64,000 nt of DNA from the human T2T-CHM13v2.0 reference genome, Homo sapiens, in NCBI RefSeq assembly GCF_009914755.1, contig NC_060944.1; one strand, 5' to 3'. The notes below the pieces were generated by a model. That model worked only from the letters and a program-made list of their open reading frames with translations, did not search any database and was not told the origin of the DNA. This document shows positions 43,197 through 55,080 of this stretch, one piece after another. A program made the translations under genes and the position numbers. Position 1 is the stretch's first letter. Every line of letters starts with the position of its first letter.

Positions 43197-43556
43197 GTTG
43201 GATGAATAGAAATAAAATGATAGATGGATGAGAGAATGAAGGATGGATGGAGGGATGCATGGATGGGTATTAATCGTGGATGTGTGGATATATGATAGAT
43301 GGATGGGTAAACAGGAGATGGATGAATACATGGGTAGATGGATGGGTGGGTATATGGATGGATGCTTGGATTCATGGAGGGGTGGATGGATGGATGGAGA
43401 TGAATTATAAATGTGTGAATGGATGATGGATGAGTAGATGGGGGATGAGTGGATGGATGGGCAGATGAATGGGCAGATGGATAGATGGACAGACAGGAGA
43501 GGGATAGATGAATAAATAGATGGGGGGGTGGGTAAGCGAGTGGATGGATGGATGAT
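43197..43556 (+). repeat. Degenerate (GGAT)n/(TGGA)n simple repeat, ~360 bp
   Basis: Direct inspection. Confidence 0.9.
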
Positions 43557-43599
43557 AGAGAAATCACCCATCAGCATAATTTTTCTAAGATGTAAATCT

Positions 43600-43905
43600 A
43601 ATCATCCATCCATTTATTCATTTACATTTTTGAGCACCTACCATGTACCAGGCAAGATGTGAAAAGCACTGAGGATTCAGCACTGGATATCTGAGATAAG
43701 GTCCCAATCCTTGAGGACCTAAGATTTCAATATCTTTAAAGTAGTAAATAGATTAAAGGCAATAAGAGTGGGTGCAGGGAGAGGAGTGCAACATCTATTA
43801 CCATGATCCAGGTGAGAGCTGATGGTAGCTTGGTCTAGGATAACAGCAGTGGATACACGGAGGCAGAAATAGATTCAAGAGTTATCAGCAGGCCTTGATA
43901 GCTGA
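43600..43905 (-). mobile_element. L2 fragment
   Basis: CATTTTTGAGCACCTACCATGTACCAGGCA...TCCAGGTGAGAGCTGATGGTAGCTTGGTCTAGG. Confidence 0.7.
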
Positions 43906-43909
43906 CTGA

Positions 43910-44075
43910 GTTGCACAGCCCTGAGTCTAAATCTCAGTTCAGCCACTTACACGCTGTGTAAGCCTCAATTTCCTCAGCTGTAGATTGTGGATAATTGTAC
44001 CTATCTCCCAGAGTTGCTATGAGGAATAAATGAGATGAAGTATGTGAAAGAGTCAGACATAGGGCCTGGCCAAGA
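43910..44075 (+). mobile_element. MIR
   Basis: AGCCACTTAC...GCCTCAATTTCCTCAGCTGTA...GAGGAATAAATGAGAT. Confidence 0.75.
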
Positions 44076-44559
44076 AAATGTTTTTAACACCAAAAGCCTC
44101 CATTTTAGGAAAAGGCACCCAAATCCCTGCTTCTTGAACCCGGGCTATGAGCTGTGAGGAATACTAAATGCTATTAGGGTTAAACAGTAGTCAGAAGGTC
44201 GAGAGAGACTCAAAGGCATAGCAGGGCAGGATCGTGTGGCCACGCAGTGTCCAGCCTACTTCCTCCCCTCTCCCAAGGACGCAACTAGCTGTGTGCCACA
44301 AGCCTGCTCCACACCACATGAGTCCACACGTCATGCCACCATGGCTAGCCATTAAAACCACTTCAGAAGCCTGGGCCCATCCATCGCAGTTGGCGCAATC
44401 ACCAAAATTGAACTTTCATGGAGCCAGAATCAAAGGGCTGCATAAACTAGGATTGTGTCCTCCTCCATCAGAATCATCTTGCCTCTGCGTAGCTATGAAG
44501 GACAGTGAGAACAAAAATAAGAATAACTAGGCAGAACTCTAAGCAAAACAGTGCAGGAA

Positions 44560-45030
44560 CAAAAAGCAGGGACACTGGAACAGCTAGGCTGCCTGCTTTA
44601 AACCTCAATTCTGCCACTTACTAGCTCCATTACCCTAGGCAATCTGCACAACTTCTGCGTGCCTCAGTTTCCTTATCTGTCAAATGGGAATAAGTACCTT
44701 CTTCTAGGCTTATGATAACTAAGGTGTGCAAATATGTAATGCAGCTGGAACACCACCTGGAATACAGTAAGCAGTATATAAGTGTTTGCTCTAGGTCGAC
44801 TTCATCACTGCCAAGCACTAATATGCTCCAGTTACCTCACTGAGTACATAAATGCACTATTCCATTTGGTCCACATGACAATCCTGAGAATGGGTTACAA
44901 AGCAGGGGGTCTGGAAATAGATCTACCAGCATCTTGCTTTATGGGCAGACACAGAACCTCTCTGAGGCTCTCTTTTTCCCACCATTAAAATGGGTACAAT
45001 AGCACTAACAGCAGGTACCTAATAAATGAG
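44560..45030. mobile_element. Cluster of MIR fragments in mixed orientation
   Basis: CTGCCACTTACTAGCT...GCCTCAGTTTCCTTATCTGT (+), followed by further partial copies. Confidence 0.65.
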
Positions 45031-45896
45031 ACGGTGGATTCTTTTGTATATACTCTTAAAAAAAATCTTAGGTTGGATAAATAGTCCCTTTGTAGACACA
45101 GATCTGAACGCAGCAAAGCCATTACCTCCACTTTCATGCCCTTCAGCTCATGCCTTAAATGGGTTTCTTCCCCACCAGCCTTTCTCTTTTTAACAACACT
45201 CTGTGCCACTGCAGAATCTGCAAAGAAAACTGGACCAGGCCAACCCAAAGGAAGTTCTGAGGGTGGAGGAAAGGAAACCAAATCTAAACTAAATGACAGC
45301 TCCCTTGAGTAGGTATCCTGAGAGTCAGCAGAGGGGCAAGGCTGCATAAAGGCGGGGAGGGTAGACAGAGCTGTGCCTTCCACCACTGCCAAGGTCTCAG
45401 CTAGCAGGTGCATAGTGAGGCAGGCCTGGCCATCCACAGTGTGCAGAAGACTGAGGCTCAGAGATGTTAAGAAATGTACCAGAGGTCACACAGCTCAGTA
45501 AGAGGTAGAGCTGGGATTCGAAAGCAGATCTAACTATCTCCAAGTGCCCCTGCCATGGTACCCACTGCCATCCCTCGGTGAATCACACAAGATAAAAGTA
45601 TAGGTGAGTCTGTAGTTAAGCCATAACTTGTTGTTCACTTGAAGAAGAGCTCAGATGACCTCTGTTCCTGGCGGGGGAAGTATCTTCTCACTTCCACCTG
45701 CAGTTAACCCTGTAGAATAGAGTCTATCACACTCCTAGAAGAGCCTCTGGCCCCAGCACTCAGAAGAGTCAGCCATCTAAAGCTGCCCAGCCCGTGGAGA
45801 AGCTGAGCCCTCCCGTTTATGTAAAGGCAGCAGAATTCCACCTTGCCAATTTCTTAGTCTCTCCAGAGAGGACCTCAGATGACTGAGCCTGGCTAA

Positions 45897-46105
45897 ACCG
45901 GGGTTTCTCAATCTTGGTATTATTGGCATTTTGCACCAGATTCTTCTCTGTTTAGGGGGCTGTCCAGTGCTTTGTAGGGTGCTTAGCAGCATCTCTTTCC
46001 TCTGGATATCATTAGTACCCCTTTCAGTCGTGACAAGCAAAAATATCCCCAGAATGGCCATATATCCCATGAAGGGAAAAATCACTTGAGATTGAGAATC
46101 ACTGC
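45897..46105 (-). mobile_element. MER20 MITE
   Basis: GGGGTTTCTCAATCTTGGTATTATTGGCATTTTG...GGGGGCTGTCC...GTGACAAGCAAAAAT...TTGAGAATCACTG. Confidence 0.85.
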
Positions 46106-46979
46106 CCTGGATGGCTATATCACAGCCTGGGAGATAATGGACGAGTCTGGGAGATGTCACAGGGGGAGGAGGGACTCTAAGACCTCCCGTGGGATGGCTG
46201 ACCCTGGTATAGTCACCTGAGCTGAGGGTGGGCCCTCGACTCTGCACACCGTTAGTTCAATCCTGCCAGAGTTGACTGGTCTCAGCGAGACTAACTCAGT
46301 AGATCCAACTCATAAGAGGTTGATGTGTAACTTGTATTCCAGGCTGTTGATGTCCCAGGAGAAACAGACCTTGCAAGCAGATCAGATTTTCCTGTTATCT
46401 AACCTGTGCCTTCTTCTCTAGAGGGAACTTTGGGGAAGCAAAATCATGATAAGGCTCTTGTTTGGTGAGCAGGACTGGAGGGAGGAATTGATGGAAGACT
46501 TGGGTGAGTGCTCTGGGGCCAAATCTCCCTCCCCTGGTCCAGGAGGACAGCATCCCAGCACCTCTTATCACTTTCTGTCTCCTACAGTTAAGCCATGACC
46601 TGACGATACATGCAACAGTTTGCCTATCAGACAGCTCTGCCAGCCTACAAGTTCCAGAAAGGCAAGCACAGCATGTTATCCACATCTTCAGCAGTAAGTG
46701 CTACATAGAAGATGCTCAGTCAACGTGCGTGTTTGCTTTTTTTTTACCATTTGCAGTCACCTTCCTAAAAAGGAAGGGTGTGTGGGGAGGGGAGGAAGAA
46801 AGGGAAGCAAAAGAGATTTCCTGTTGCAGAAGAAAAATGGCATAAACTCTAGAGAGGCTACCATATCTCTAATTTGACCTGAGCTGAGCAATATATCCAG
46901 GATTTAAATGATGCTGGTCACTCACTTCTTTCTAGGTCACCTTTGTCCAAGGAGACATCCTTAGAATCACAATAGTAGG

Positions 46980-47152
46980 AGAAGACGATGGAAGAGGAGA
47001 GGAGAGAAGGGAAAGGAGGAGGGAAGGGAGGGAAAGAAGAAAAGGGTAGGGAGGAGAGGAAGAGGGAGAAGGGAGAGGAGAAGGTTAAGGAAGGGTAGAA
47101 AGGGAAAAGAAAGGACAAAGAGGGAAGGGCCAGGGAGGAGAGGGAGGAGGAG
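46980..47152 (+). repeat. GA-rich polypurine tract
   Basis: Direct inspection. Confidence 0.85.
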
Positions 47153-47929
47153 TTACACAGAAGCTCATTCCCTATGGACAACATGAGTTTAAGAAACGCC
47201 GCACACTCTATCCCCCTCTTAGTGATGCACAACACACGTTGCCATAGCAATATAAATCATATTAATGATCATCATCAACATTTATTGAGCTTTTACTGTG
47301 TACCAGACACTATTCTACAAGCTTATCTGTATTAACACCATTAATCCTTCCCACAGCCCTGCGAGGCACAGATACATTAAATAACTTGGTTACTCTAGGT
47401 TACTGGCCAGTTAGTAAAGTTGCACGGCTGAAAAACATGGCAATTCACAGACCCCACAAGGTCCTGCATTAAAAGCCTACAATCCCAGAATTTCCCACAC
47501 TTGCTTTTTATGTTTGTTGTCACAAGCAGCATCTTTTAACAGGCTGTGGAACACATTCTGGAAAGCACAGTTCAAGGACAATGTCGGTTTGGTTCACCCT
47601 ACTAAGTGCATGCCTGAGGCCTCCCAAGAATAAGCCTCAATTGCCATGACTGAGGGGCATAACCGTAATTAGTATGATTATTAACACTTATTTATTATAA
47701 CATCCTTTCACTTGTACTTACATTATTGTTCCTTAAGCTTTACAATTTCTTCATGAGTAAAGTACTGAGATTACTGTCCTCATTTTCCAGACGCAAAGGC
47801 TGAGGCTCACGAAGACTACCTGACTTTGATCCCCAGCCCACAAACCACAGTGCAGCCCAGGAACAGAGGCTGAGGCAGTACATTCTCACAAAGACTTCAC
47901 TGCAGGGGCAAAGCCAAGGCAGAAAAAGT

Positions 47930-48007
47930 GAGGGAGAAGGAGGGAGGGAGGGAGTGAGGGAGAAGGAGGGAGGGAGGGAGAAGGAGGGAGGGAGGGAGGG
48001 AGGGAGG
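47930..48007 (+). repeat. (GGGA)n microsatellite
   Basis: Direct inspection. Confidence 0.9.
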
Positions 48008-48317
48008 ATGAACCTATACAAGGCAGTGCATCCCCGGGCCAGCCACAGCTTTGCCAGTAAACATCACCGCTTGCTTGGGCACACGGCAGTGTGGAAGCCC
48101 TTGGCCTTAGCGCATTCCCTTCCAGGAGAGGAAGGGAGAGGATTTATCTGCTGCCTTGGTTCCTGGCCCTCTGGTTAAAGCTTTCCCCCACACACAGGTG
48201 GTTAACTCTATTGCATGTACAGGTTGTGACACTCAAGCTCCTCCATGCAGTCGTTGGAAAAGCCAGATCCTACCCCGTAGTATGGGGTTTTTCCAAGCAT
48301 TGTCTGCCCAAACTTGG

Positions 48318-48780
48318 TGAGACAGTTTGGATGTTATCCCCTCTAAATCTCATATTGAACTGTAATCCCCACTGCCGGAGGTGGGACCTAGTGGGAAGCA
48401 ATTGGATCATGGGGGTGGGATCCTCATGAATGGTTCAGCACCTCCTTTTGGTGCTCTCCTCGCAATAGTGATTGAGCTCTCACAAGATCCAGTTGTTTGA
48501 AAGTTTGTGGCACCTCCCCCAGTAACTCTCTCTCTTGCTCCTACTCTAGCCGTGTGAGACACCTGCTCCTACTCTAGCCGTGTGAGACACCTGCTCCCCC
48601 TTTGCCTTCTGCCTTGATTGTAAGCTTCCTGAGGCCTCCCCAGAAGCTAAGCAGATGCCAGCACCATGCTTTCTGGAAGCCTGCAGAACCAGGAGCCAAT
48701 TAAATCTCTCTCTTTTTTTTTTTAAATAAATTACCCAGCCTCAGGTATTTCTTTCAGCAATGCAAGAATGGCCTAACACA
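48318..48780 (+). mobile_element. MSTB-like solo LTR (MaLR)
   Basis: TGAGACAGTTTGGATG...AAATCTCAT...GATCCTCATGAATGG...AATTACCCAGCCTCAGGTATTTCTT...GCAATGCAAGAATGGCCTAACACA. Confidence 0.88.
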
Positions 48781-49324
48781 CTAGAGCACCAAAGACTCTG
48801 CAGCTCCCACCTGGGCAGAAAGGGCAGAGGAGACTGTGACAAAGTCTCACCTTCTCCCCTAGGGGAAATGAGACAGTCAGTGTTGTTAAGAGTACAGGTG
48901 ACAGCAACAACGGTCAGGACTATGCACTGGCCAAGAAGTCAAGGCTTGGGGAACAGGTGGGCCAAGTGAATCTAGGAGGCACATAAACTGAGTCCAAGAT
49001 ACCGTTTCTTTGAATCCAAAAATGAGTGTTCCTTCATTCAGTGGCAAAAAGCATTCAACTCACCAACCACCCCAGCGCCCAAGTCACCTGGATCTAAACC
49101 ACCCATTGGAAATGCAGATTTCTGGGCCACACCCAGAACTAAAGGAGTGGTTTCATTGGGAGATTCAACCACGGAGTCTGCATATTTTTAACAAGCTCTC
49201 CAAGTGACTTTTGTGGTCACTAAATTTTAGAAACACCTAGGACAGCATCAAAAGCTGCCCTGAGCATGCCGGAACTCCCCAGCTCATTTGATAGGGAAAA
49301 ATCGAAACCTAGAAGTGATTAACT

Positions 49325-50235
49325 ACAGATCAATAAAACAGAACAATGAATCATGCCAAAGGTCGAGTGGCAGTACGCAGCAGTACACGGCAAGCCAATC
49401 TAATTAGGGGCCCTCGTAAACGTCACCTGCTCATAAACATTTATAAAAACAGATTTCCTGCATATGGAAGGGTGTTAATTTTTCATATAGCTGTAGGTAA
49501 AGTAAATGTATTTTTAATCTCATACATTGATTTAACACTGTATTTCTTTTTGAAAGACTGGGAGACTCAGTCTTTGTTTACTGATTTCTATATCAGAGAA
49601 ACTGCTGGAGAGAGACGCCAGAGCATACTTTCTCTCCTCAGGAATAAGGGAAATCTTCTGATTCTTCCACATTCAGACTCTCCCTTGGTTCTCAGAGCCC
49701 AGGCTGACATCAGATGCTACCTAACAGAGACAAATGACACAGGGTGAGGCAAGGCATGGAAGAGGGGTGTCAGTTCTGCAAGGGAGATGCTGTCACTTGT
49801 AAAGATTTTCATTAATAAACCTTCTAGTACCTACTGTTGCACTGCACTGTACCCATCTCTGGAAATTTTTTAACAAACTCAGATTTAATTTTCTTTCTCA
49901 TTAATTAATTTTTTATTCATCTCTTCCATTAGAGCCTAAAACCTCCCAATTACACATTATTAGCTCAGAGGAAAGTTGGTAATTGAGATGGTCCCAGGAT
50001 TCCAGGAGTGCCCTGTGCAGAATGTCTGCTTTAATTAGATTTCCATTAATTACTTTTTTATCAATTAATATTGGGTACTTTGGGCCCAATACTTGTGATC
50101 TCCACATCATGCACTCTTAAATGACACCTCATTTATTGCAGTCAGTCAAGCAAGGGACCCAAAAAGAGTTCAGCAGAGAGAGCGGCAGACAGGCTCTGTG
50201 CCTCACATGCAAATGACATAGCATGCTTGCTTGCA
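49325..50235. promoter_or_regulatory. Candidate developmental enhancer (homeodomain/posterior-HOX/POU motif cluster)
   Basis: Repeat-free block with CTAATTAG, CTCGTAAA, CTCATAAA, TTTATAAAA, many TAAT/ATTA cores and ATGCAAAT; local CpG retention; motif evidence only. Confidence 0.4.
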
Positions 50236-50284
50236 GGGGTGAGTTTCATCCCCTAATGTGTACCTCGAGAGGCTAGGCAGGTTA

Positions 50285-50800
50285 GGAAGGAGAGATAGAG
50301 AGAGGGAGAGGTGGGGTGGGGGACAGAAGGTGGGGGACAGGGAGAGAGGGAGACAGGGAGAGGGAGAAAGGGAGGAAGGGAGAGAGTGAGGAAGGGTGAG
50401 AGGAGAGGAGGGAAGGGGAGAGGAGGGGAGGGAAGGGGAGGGGAGGGAGCAAGGGAGGAGAGGGAGGAGAGAGAGGAGAGGGAAGGGTGGGGAAGGGAAG
50501 AAGGGAGGAAGGGAGGACGGGAGGGCAAAGGAGGAGGGGAGGGGAAGGGAGGAGGGGAGGGGAAGGGAGGAGGGGAGGGGAAGGGAAGGGAGGGGAAGGG
50601 AAGGGAGGGGAAGGGAACGGACTGGAAGGGAGGGGAGAGGAGGGGCTGGGAAGGGAGGGGAGGGGAAGAAGAAAGCAAGGGAGGAAAGGGAATGGTGGGA
50701 AAGGGAAGAAGGGAGGAAAGGAGGAAGGGAGGAAGGGTGAGGAGGAAAGGAGGGGGGAGGGGGAGGGGAGAAGGGAAGAAAAGGAAGGAAGAAAGGAAAC
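50285..50800 (+). repeat. ~515-bp polypurine (GA/G-rich) tract
   Basis: Almost entirely A/G; includes three copies of GGAGGAGGGGAGGGGAAG. Confidence 0.93.
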
Positions 50801-50960
50801 CTACAGAAAAACATCAAAAGTGTCTAGTCCAATCAAATCATTTGCAGATAGATAAATGATGGCCAGGAAGCCAAGTGACCTCACCAACCCTACACAACAT
50901 TAGGCTAGAACATTTTTCTCCCCTCCACATTGTCCCCTGCACCTCCCTCTACCCCTTTAC

Positions 50961-51085
50961 TAGGGGAACACATAATTTATCATCTACACTAGGACACTTT
51001 TAAGAGAGAAAAGGACTGCTGTTAATAATTATACTGGGGAACAATAGACACAAACCCCAGCACACCAAGATGTATTGTCACCCAA
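50961..51085 (+). mobile_element. MER94 hAT-Blackjack MITE
   Basis: TAGGGGAACACATAATTTATCATC...GGACACTTTTAAGAG...TTAATAATTAT...TGTCACCCAA. Confidence 0.8.
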
Positions 51086-51384
51086 CCCTTCACCCCTCGG
51101 CTGTTAACTTATGAACCTCCTCCTGAGAGAGACCCACTTTTTCAAGGTGGCAACTCTGCCTCTGCAGCCTTAATATAGCTCAGTATTTGCCTGGAAAATC
51201 AATATGCATTGATTAATGACAATAATATGATGCAACCTCCACCCTCTGAATTCGCTTAGTATTCCCACTGTCTGTCTTAAATTAAATGTTTCAGTTCACC
51301 CAGTATCTTTTCCCAACTCATTTCTCAACTATTCTTTTATAGAATGTAACTTAATTGTACTCAATACCCTAACCTAATTAGATT

Positions 51385-51600
51385 GGCCTAATGGTTAAAA
51401 GTAACCCAAAACTGGACTACTTGGGTTTGAACTTAGTGGGGTGTCTTTGGACAGGTTAAGTTTTCTATGTGAGCTTTCTTATCTGTAAAATAGTACCTAC
51501 CTCATAGGGTTCTTATGACGATTACATGAGCTCATGTACGTCAAGTGCTTAGAATACTACCTGGTTCATAGAAAGTGCCATGTAAGTACTTGCTAAATTA
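51385..51600 (+). mobile_element. MIR
   Basis: ATCTGTAAAATAGTACCTACCTCATAGGGTT...AAGTGCTTAGAA. Confidence 0.8.
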
Positions 51601-51709
51601 AATAAAAATAAAAAGTTAGAGAAACGGTGATCACCAAAAGACATAACTAATTTCTCGCCCTAAACTAAGCGGAATATCTCAAAGTCAAGGAGAAGAAAAG
51701 AAAACCAGA

Positions 51710-51880
51710 TGTGACTGAACATAGCTTCCTGTGCCAGGGACTGAGACCCGTACTTCGGATGCATCATCTCATTTAATTCACAGAAAAGCCCTTGAAAGTA
51801 GGTATTGCTATTATCCCCATTTTATAGATGAGAAAACAGAGATTCAGAGAGATGCTGTGACTGGCCTCCACCATACAATA
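51710..51880 (-). mobile_element. MIR
   Basis: TTATCCCCATTTTATAGATGAGAAAACAGAGATTCAGAGA. Confidence 0.75.
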
Positions 51881-52472
51881 AAGCCAAATCCCCTCAAAAT
51901 CCAGCACAGGTGGGACAACTGGAAAAAAAATAAAACAAAAGCCCAGGGTTTCAGGCTGACTTTCACCTTCTGCTTGAATCCTCCTTGTTTCTAGCTTCCA
52001 CTAGCGCCTACCCCAAGGGAGCTCTGCTCCCTTCTTTAAGGTCAGAACCCATGCACAAGCCATTCCTTGGTTCTGTGAACAGCTGACACTGGCTGCAACT
52101 TGCAGAAAGATTTCCTAAGTCCTTAGGGGGGAGTCCAAGAGAGAACAAGGACAGGAGACACAGAAATAGCCCAGCCGACAATGGACAGTGCCTTATCTTC
52201 TGGAGGGGACTCACTCCTTACCAGGGACCTCGCAAGCTCATCTCATCCCATGCTCAGGTTCCTAGAACAACATCACTCTCACCTCCAAGGGCTGGCCCCC
52301 TTTTCAGACACCTTGTCCCTCCCATCATCTACTCACGGAGTGTCTGGGTCCTTAGGTGACAATGAGCAAGTCTGGACTCTGACCACCCAACCTATTTACT
52401 AGCTACTAGGAACTCCCTCATATACAGTCACCAACTAGATCATATGTCAATTTTAATAAATATTTTCACTGA

Positions 52473-52845
52473 TTTATTAGTCCATTTCTGCTGATACAAC
52501 AAAATACCTTAGACTGGGTAATTTATCAATTGTAGACGTTTATTTTTCACAGTTCTGAAGGCTGAGAAGTCCAAGATCAAGGTGCTGGCAGGTTTGGTGT
52601 CTGGTGAGAGCCTGTTCTCTGCTTCCAAGATGGCACCTTCTTGCTGTGTCCTCACAGGGTGGAAGGGGAGCTGGAGGACCTAACAAGCTCCCTCTAGCCC
52701 TTTTATAAAAGCATTAATCCCATTCATGAAGACGGAGCCCTCATGACCTAAGAACCTCCTAAAGGCCCCATCTCTTAATATTGTTGCATTGGGGATTAAG
52801 TTTCAACATGAATTTTCAAGGGATACAAACATTAGACCTTAGTAA
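52473..52845 (-). mobile_element. MLT1A0/MSTD-like solo LTR
   Basis: AGACTGGGTAATTTAT...AAGTCCAAGATCAAGGTGCTGGCAGG...GGGGATTAAGTTTCAACATGAATTTT. Confidence 0.82.
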
Positions 52846-53976
52846 TAGCAAAATATCTCATGTAGTCGCATTAATAGAAGTACCTTCTCTCTGGGTATGT
52901 GTAGTCGCCAGCCTGCATCTGTCACTGTTTCCTCTCCCCCCAGTATTGGGATCACACTAGGTACATGCACACAGGTACACACACATATACACACACAGCC
53001 CTTAAGCAACTGGGTTGCTAAACAACCAGCAGGTAATACAAGCAGCAGCTGCCAGAGTGATACAACGATGTCATAAACAGCACCAGAGCAGAGAGTAAGA
53101 AGCACCCTAAATGATTCATTTCCCTATGTTGGGAGAATATACCCAGACAGGTATAGCTGTTCCCATTTGTAAATCACTAAGAATGAAAAACTATAACCAA
53201 TATGGGGCCTAGGAAGATATTTTGTAAATTAAATAAGAATGAAGTATGCAGAAAATGTATATTTTTCTAAGATGATTTATTGTATGAAACGCCATTAAAT
53301 TTCAGACTATCTGTTTTGTGTTCATAAATTCAAGAAAACCTGGTTTCCATGAAAAACAATTCTTTTTTTAAAAAAATGAGATAAACAGATAAAAAGAGAT
53401 CTGGTTTTAAAAGCTAGAAAAAAAATGAAGGTAGGTAATTAAAATAAAGAAAAGCCTGTTTGAAATCCAATTGTTGATAAGAAGATTTTAATGCTGTAAG
53501 GAGCACAGAACTGTGGAATACAGAAGCAGCACTGTGTACAACTTTCCATAAATGAAGAAGAAAAGAAGGTGGTGATAAAGATTGCTATGGTGCCTGTTGG
53601 TGCTCCAAAAACATAAAACCTTCTTTTATCCCTCATTCCAAGCAGACCTCCATATTGTGATACCCTTACTCAGAGATGTTGGATATTTTAGTTATTATGC
53701 ACAATTGCGTGCTGGTTCAATAAGGAAAATAGGAAGTAAGTCCTTAAAAAGAAAGATTATAGCTACATTTCACTGGAAGGAAGTAGAATGAGTGTCCTCG
53801 AACAGAGGAAAAGGTTAACACAATGTTATTCCACATCACAGACGCTTCACAGAAATGAGCAAAGATGTGGGGTGTGCACTCCTTTAGGGCAGGGGAGAGG
53901 AAAAGAAACCAACTCAACTGCCTTCTAAAGGAAGAGCATGTGGGAGGGGGCCCCCACACTCTCCAGGGAGGGGTAC

Positions 53977-54441
53977 TGTGGTCAGTTGAATGATGGGCCC
54001 CTAAAAATAAGTGTCCACATTCTAATCCCCAGAACCTGTGTATATGCTACCTCACACAGCAAAAGGGACTCTGCAGATGTAATGAAGCTAAGGATCTTGA
54101 GTGATGAGAGGAGGCTGGATTATCCAGTGAGGCCCAATGTAATCACAAACGTCCTTATAAGTGAAGGAGCGGGGCGGGAGGGTCAGAGAAGGAGGCGTAC
54201 TGATGGAAGCAGAGACTGGAATGACGCAAGGCCATGAGCCCAGGAATGCAGGTGGCCTCTAGAAGCTGAAAAAGGCAAGGAAACAGATTCTCCCCTACAG
54301 CCTCCAGAAGGAATGCAGTCCTGCTGTCACCCTGCTGAGTTTAGACTTCTGACCTCCAGAGCTGTAAGAGAACAGATCTGTGTCGGTTTAAGCCACTAAA
54401 TTTGTGTTAACTTGTTACAGCAGCAGTAGGAAACTAATACA
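53977..54441 (+). mobile_element. MLT1D solo LTR
   Basis: TGTGGT...CTAATCCCCAGAACCTGTG...AAAAGGGACTCTGCAGATGT...GGAAACTAATACA; TSD ggtac/ggtaa. Confidence 0.88.
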
Positions 54442-55080
54442 GGTAATGTATCCAAAAGAAGAGTAGAGAATGCAAAATTAACTCTCAGCTCCTACACCTT
54501 CTGCCTAGTTTATAGGGTTGATATCTTCCTATCATTAGTTGAGGCATTAATGTTGAACAACATAATAAATGCAGAATTTCCATAGAGAGTTCAAAGAGCA
54601 CTGAAACTTTAGCATACTGGGTAAGCCTGTTGTTACAGGTACCAGTGCAGACAGAAAGCTCCCAATAATAAAATGACCAGGAGTAAATTAGAAATATGAA
54701 AGACAAAAGAGATATGTTATAGGGATGAAAAGAATACCTAAATTACAAAAAAAAAACCTTTAGAACAGATTTAAAAATAAGCTACACTGAATGTCCTAAA
54801 CATCCTGAATAACATTTTTCCAAGCATACAAAAAGAAAAAACAAGACATTTACATGGATAAACATTTATATAAGTAAATGACTGATCTCAGATTTCTTTA
54901 CAATACTGGGCTGAAAACGCTAATGATTAAATATCTGCAGGATTTAAAGCACTCTGTTCATTTATGGAAGAAGCAGAAAAGTATTTACAAATGTAAAAGG
55001 ACTCAGAAAGGATGTACAGAAACACTACCACCACCATTTACCTCCTCCCTCTGCCAAATACTAAAAGAAATGCCTAACCA

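Noticed and set aside
43074-43577. 167- and 143-aa His/Pro/Ser/Ile-rich ORFs
   Set aside because: Translation of the (CCAT)n simple repeat
44985-45437. 150-aa - strand ORF and an exon-like purine-rich + strand segment (~45215-45312)
   Set aside because: No recognisable protein; partly overlaps a MIR; weak donor, and stops in the two + frames checked
50203-50859. Five overlapping ORFs of 114-204 aa (Pro/Ser/Leu- or Gly/Glu/Arg-rich)
   Set aside because: Artefact of a purine tract that contains no stop codons
52170-52192. REST/RE1-like ATGGACAGTGCC
   Set aside because: Right half-site only; the TCAGCACC left half is absent
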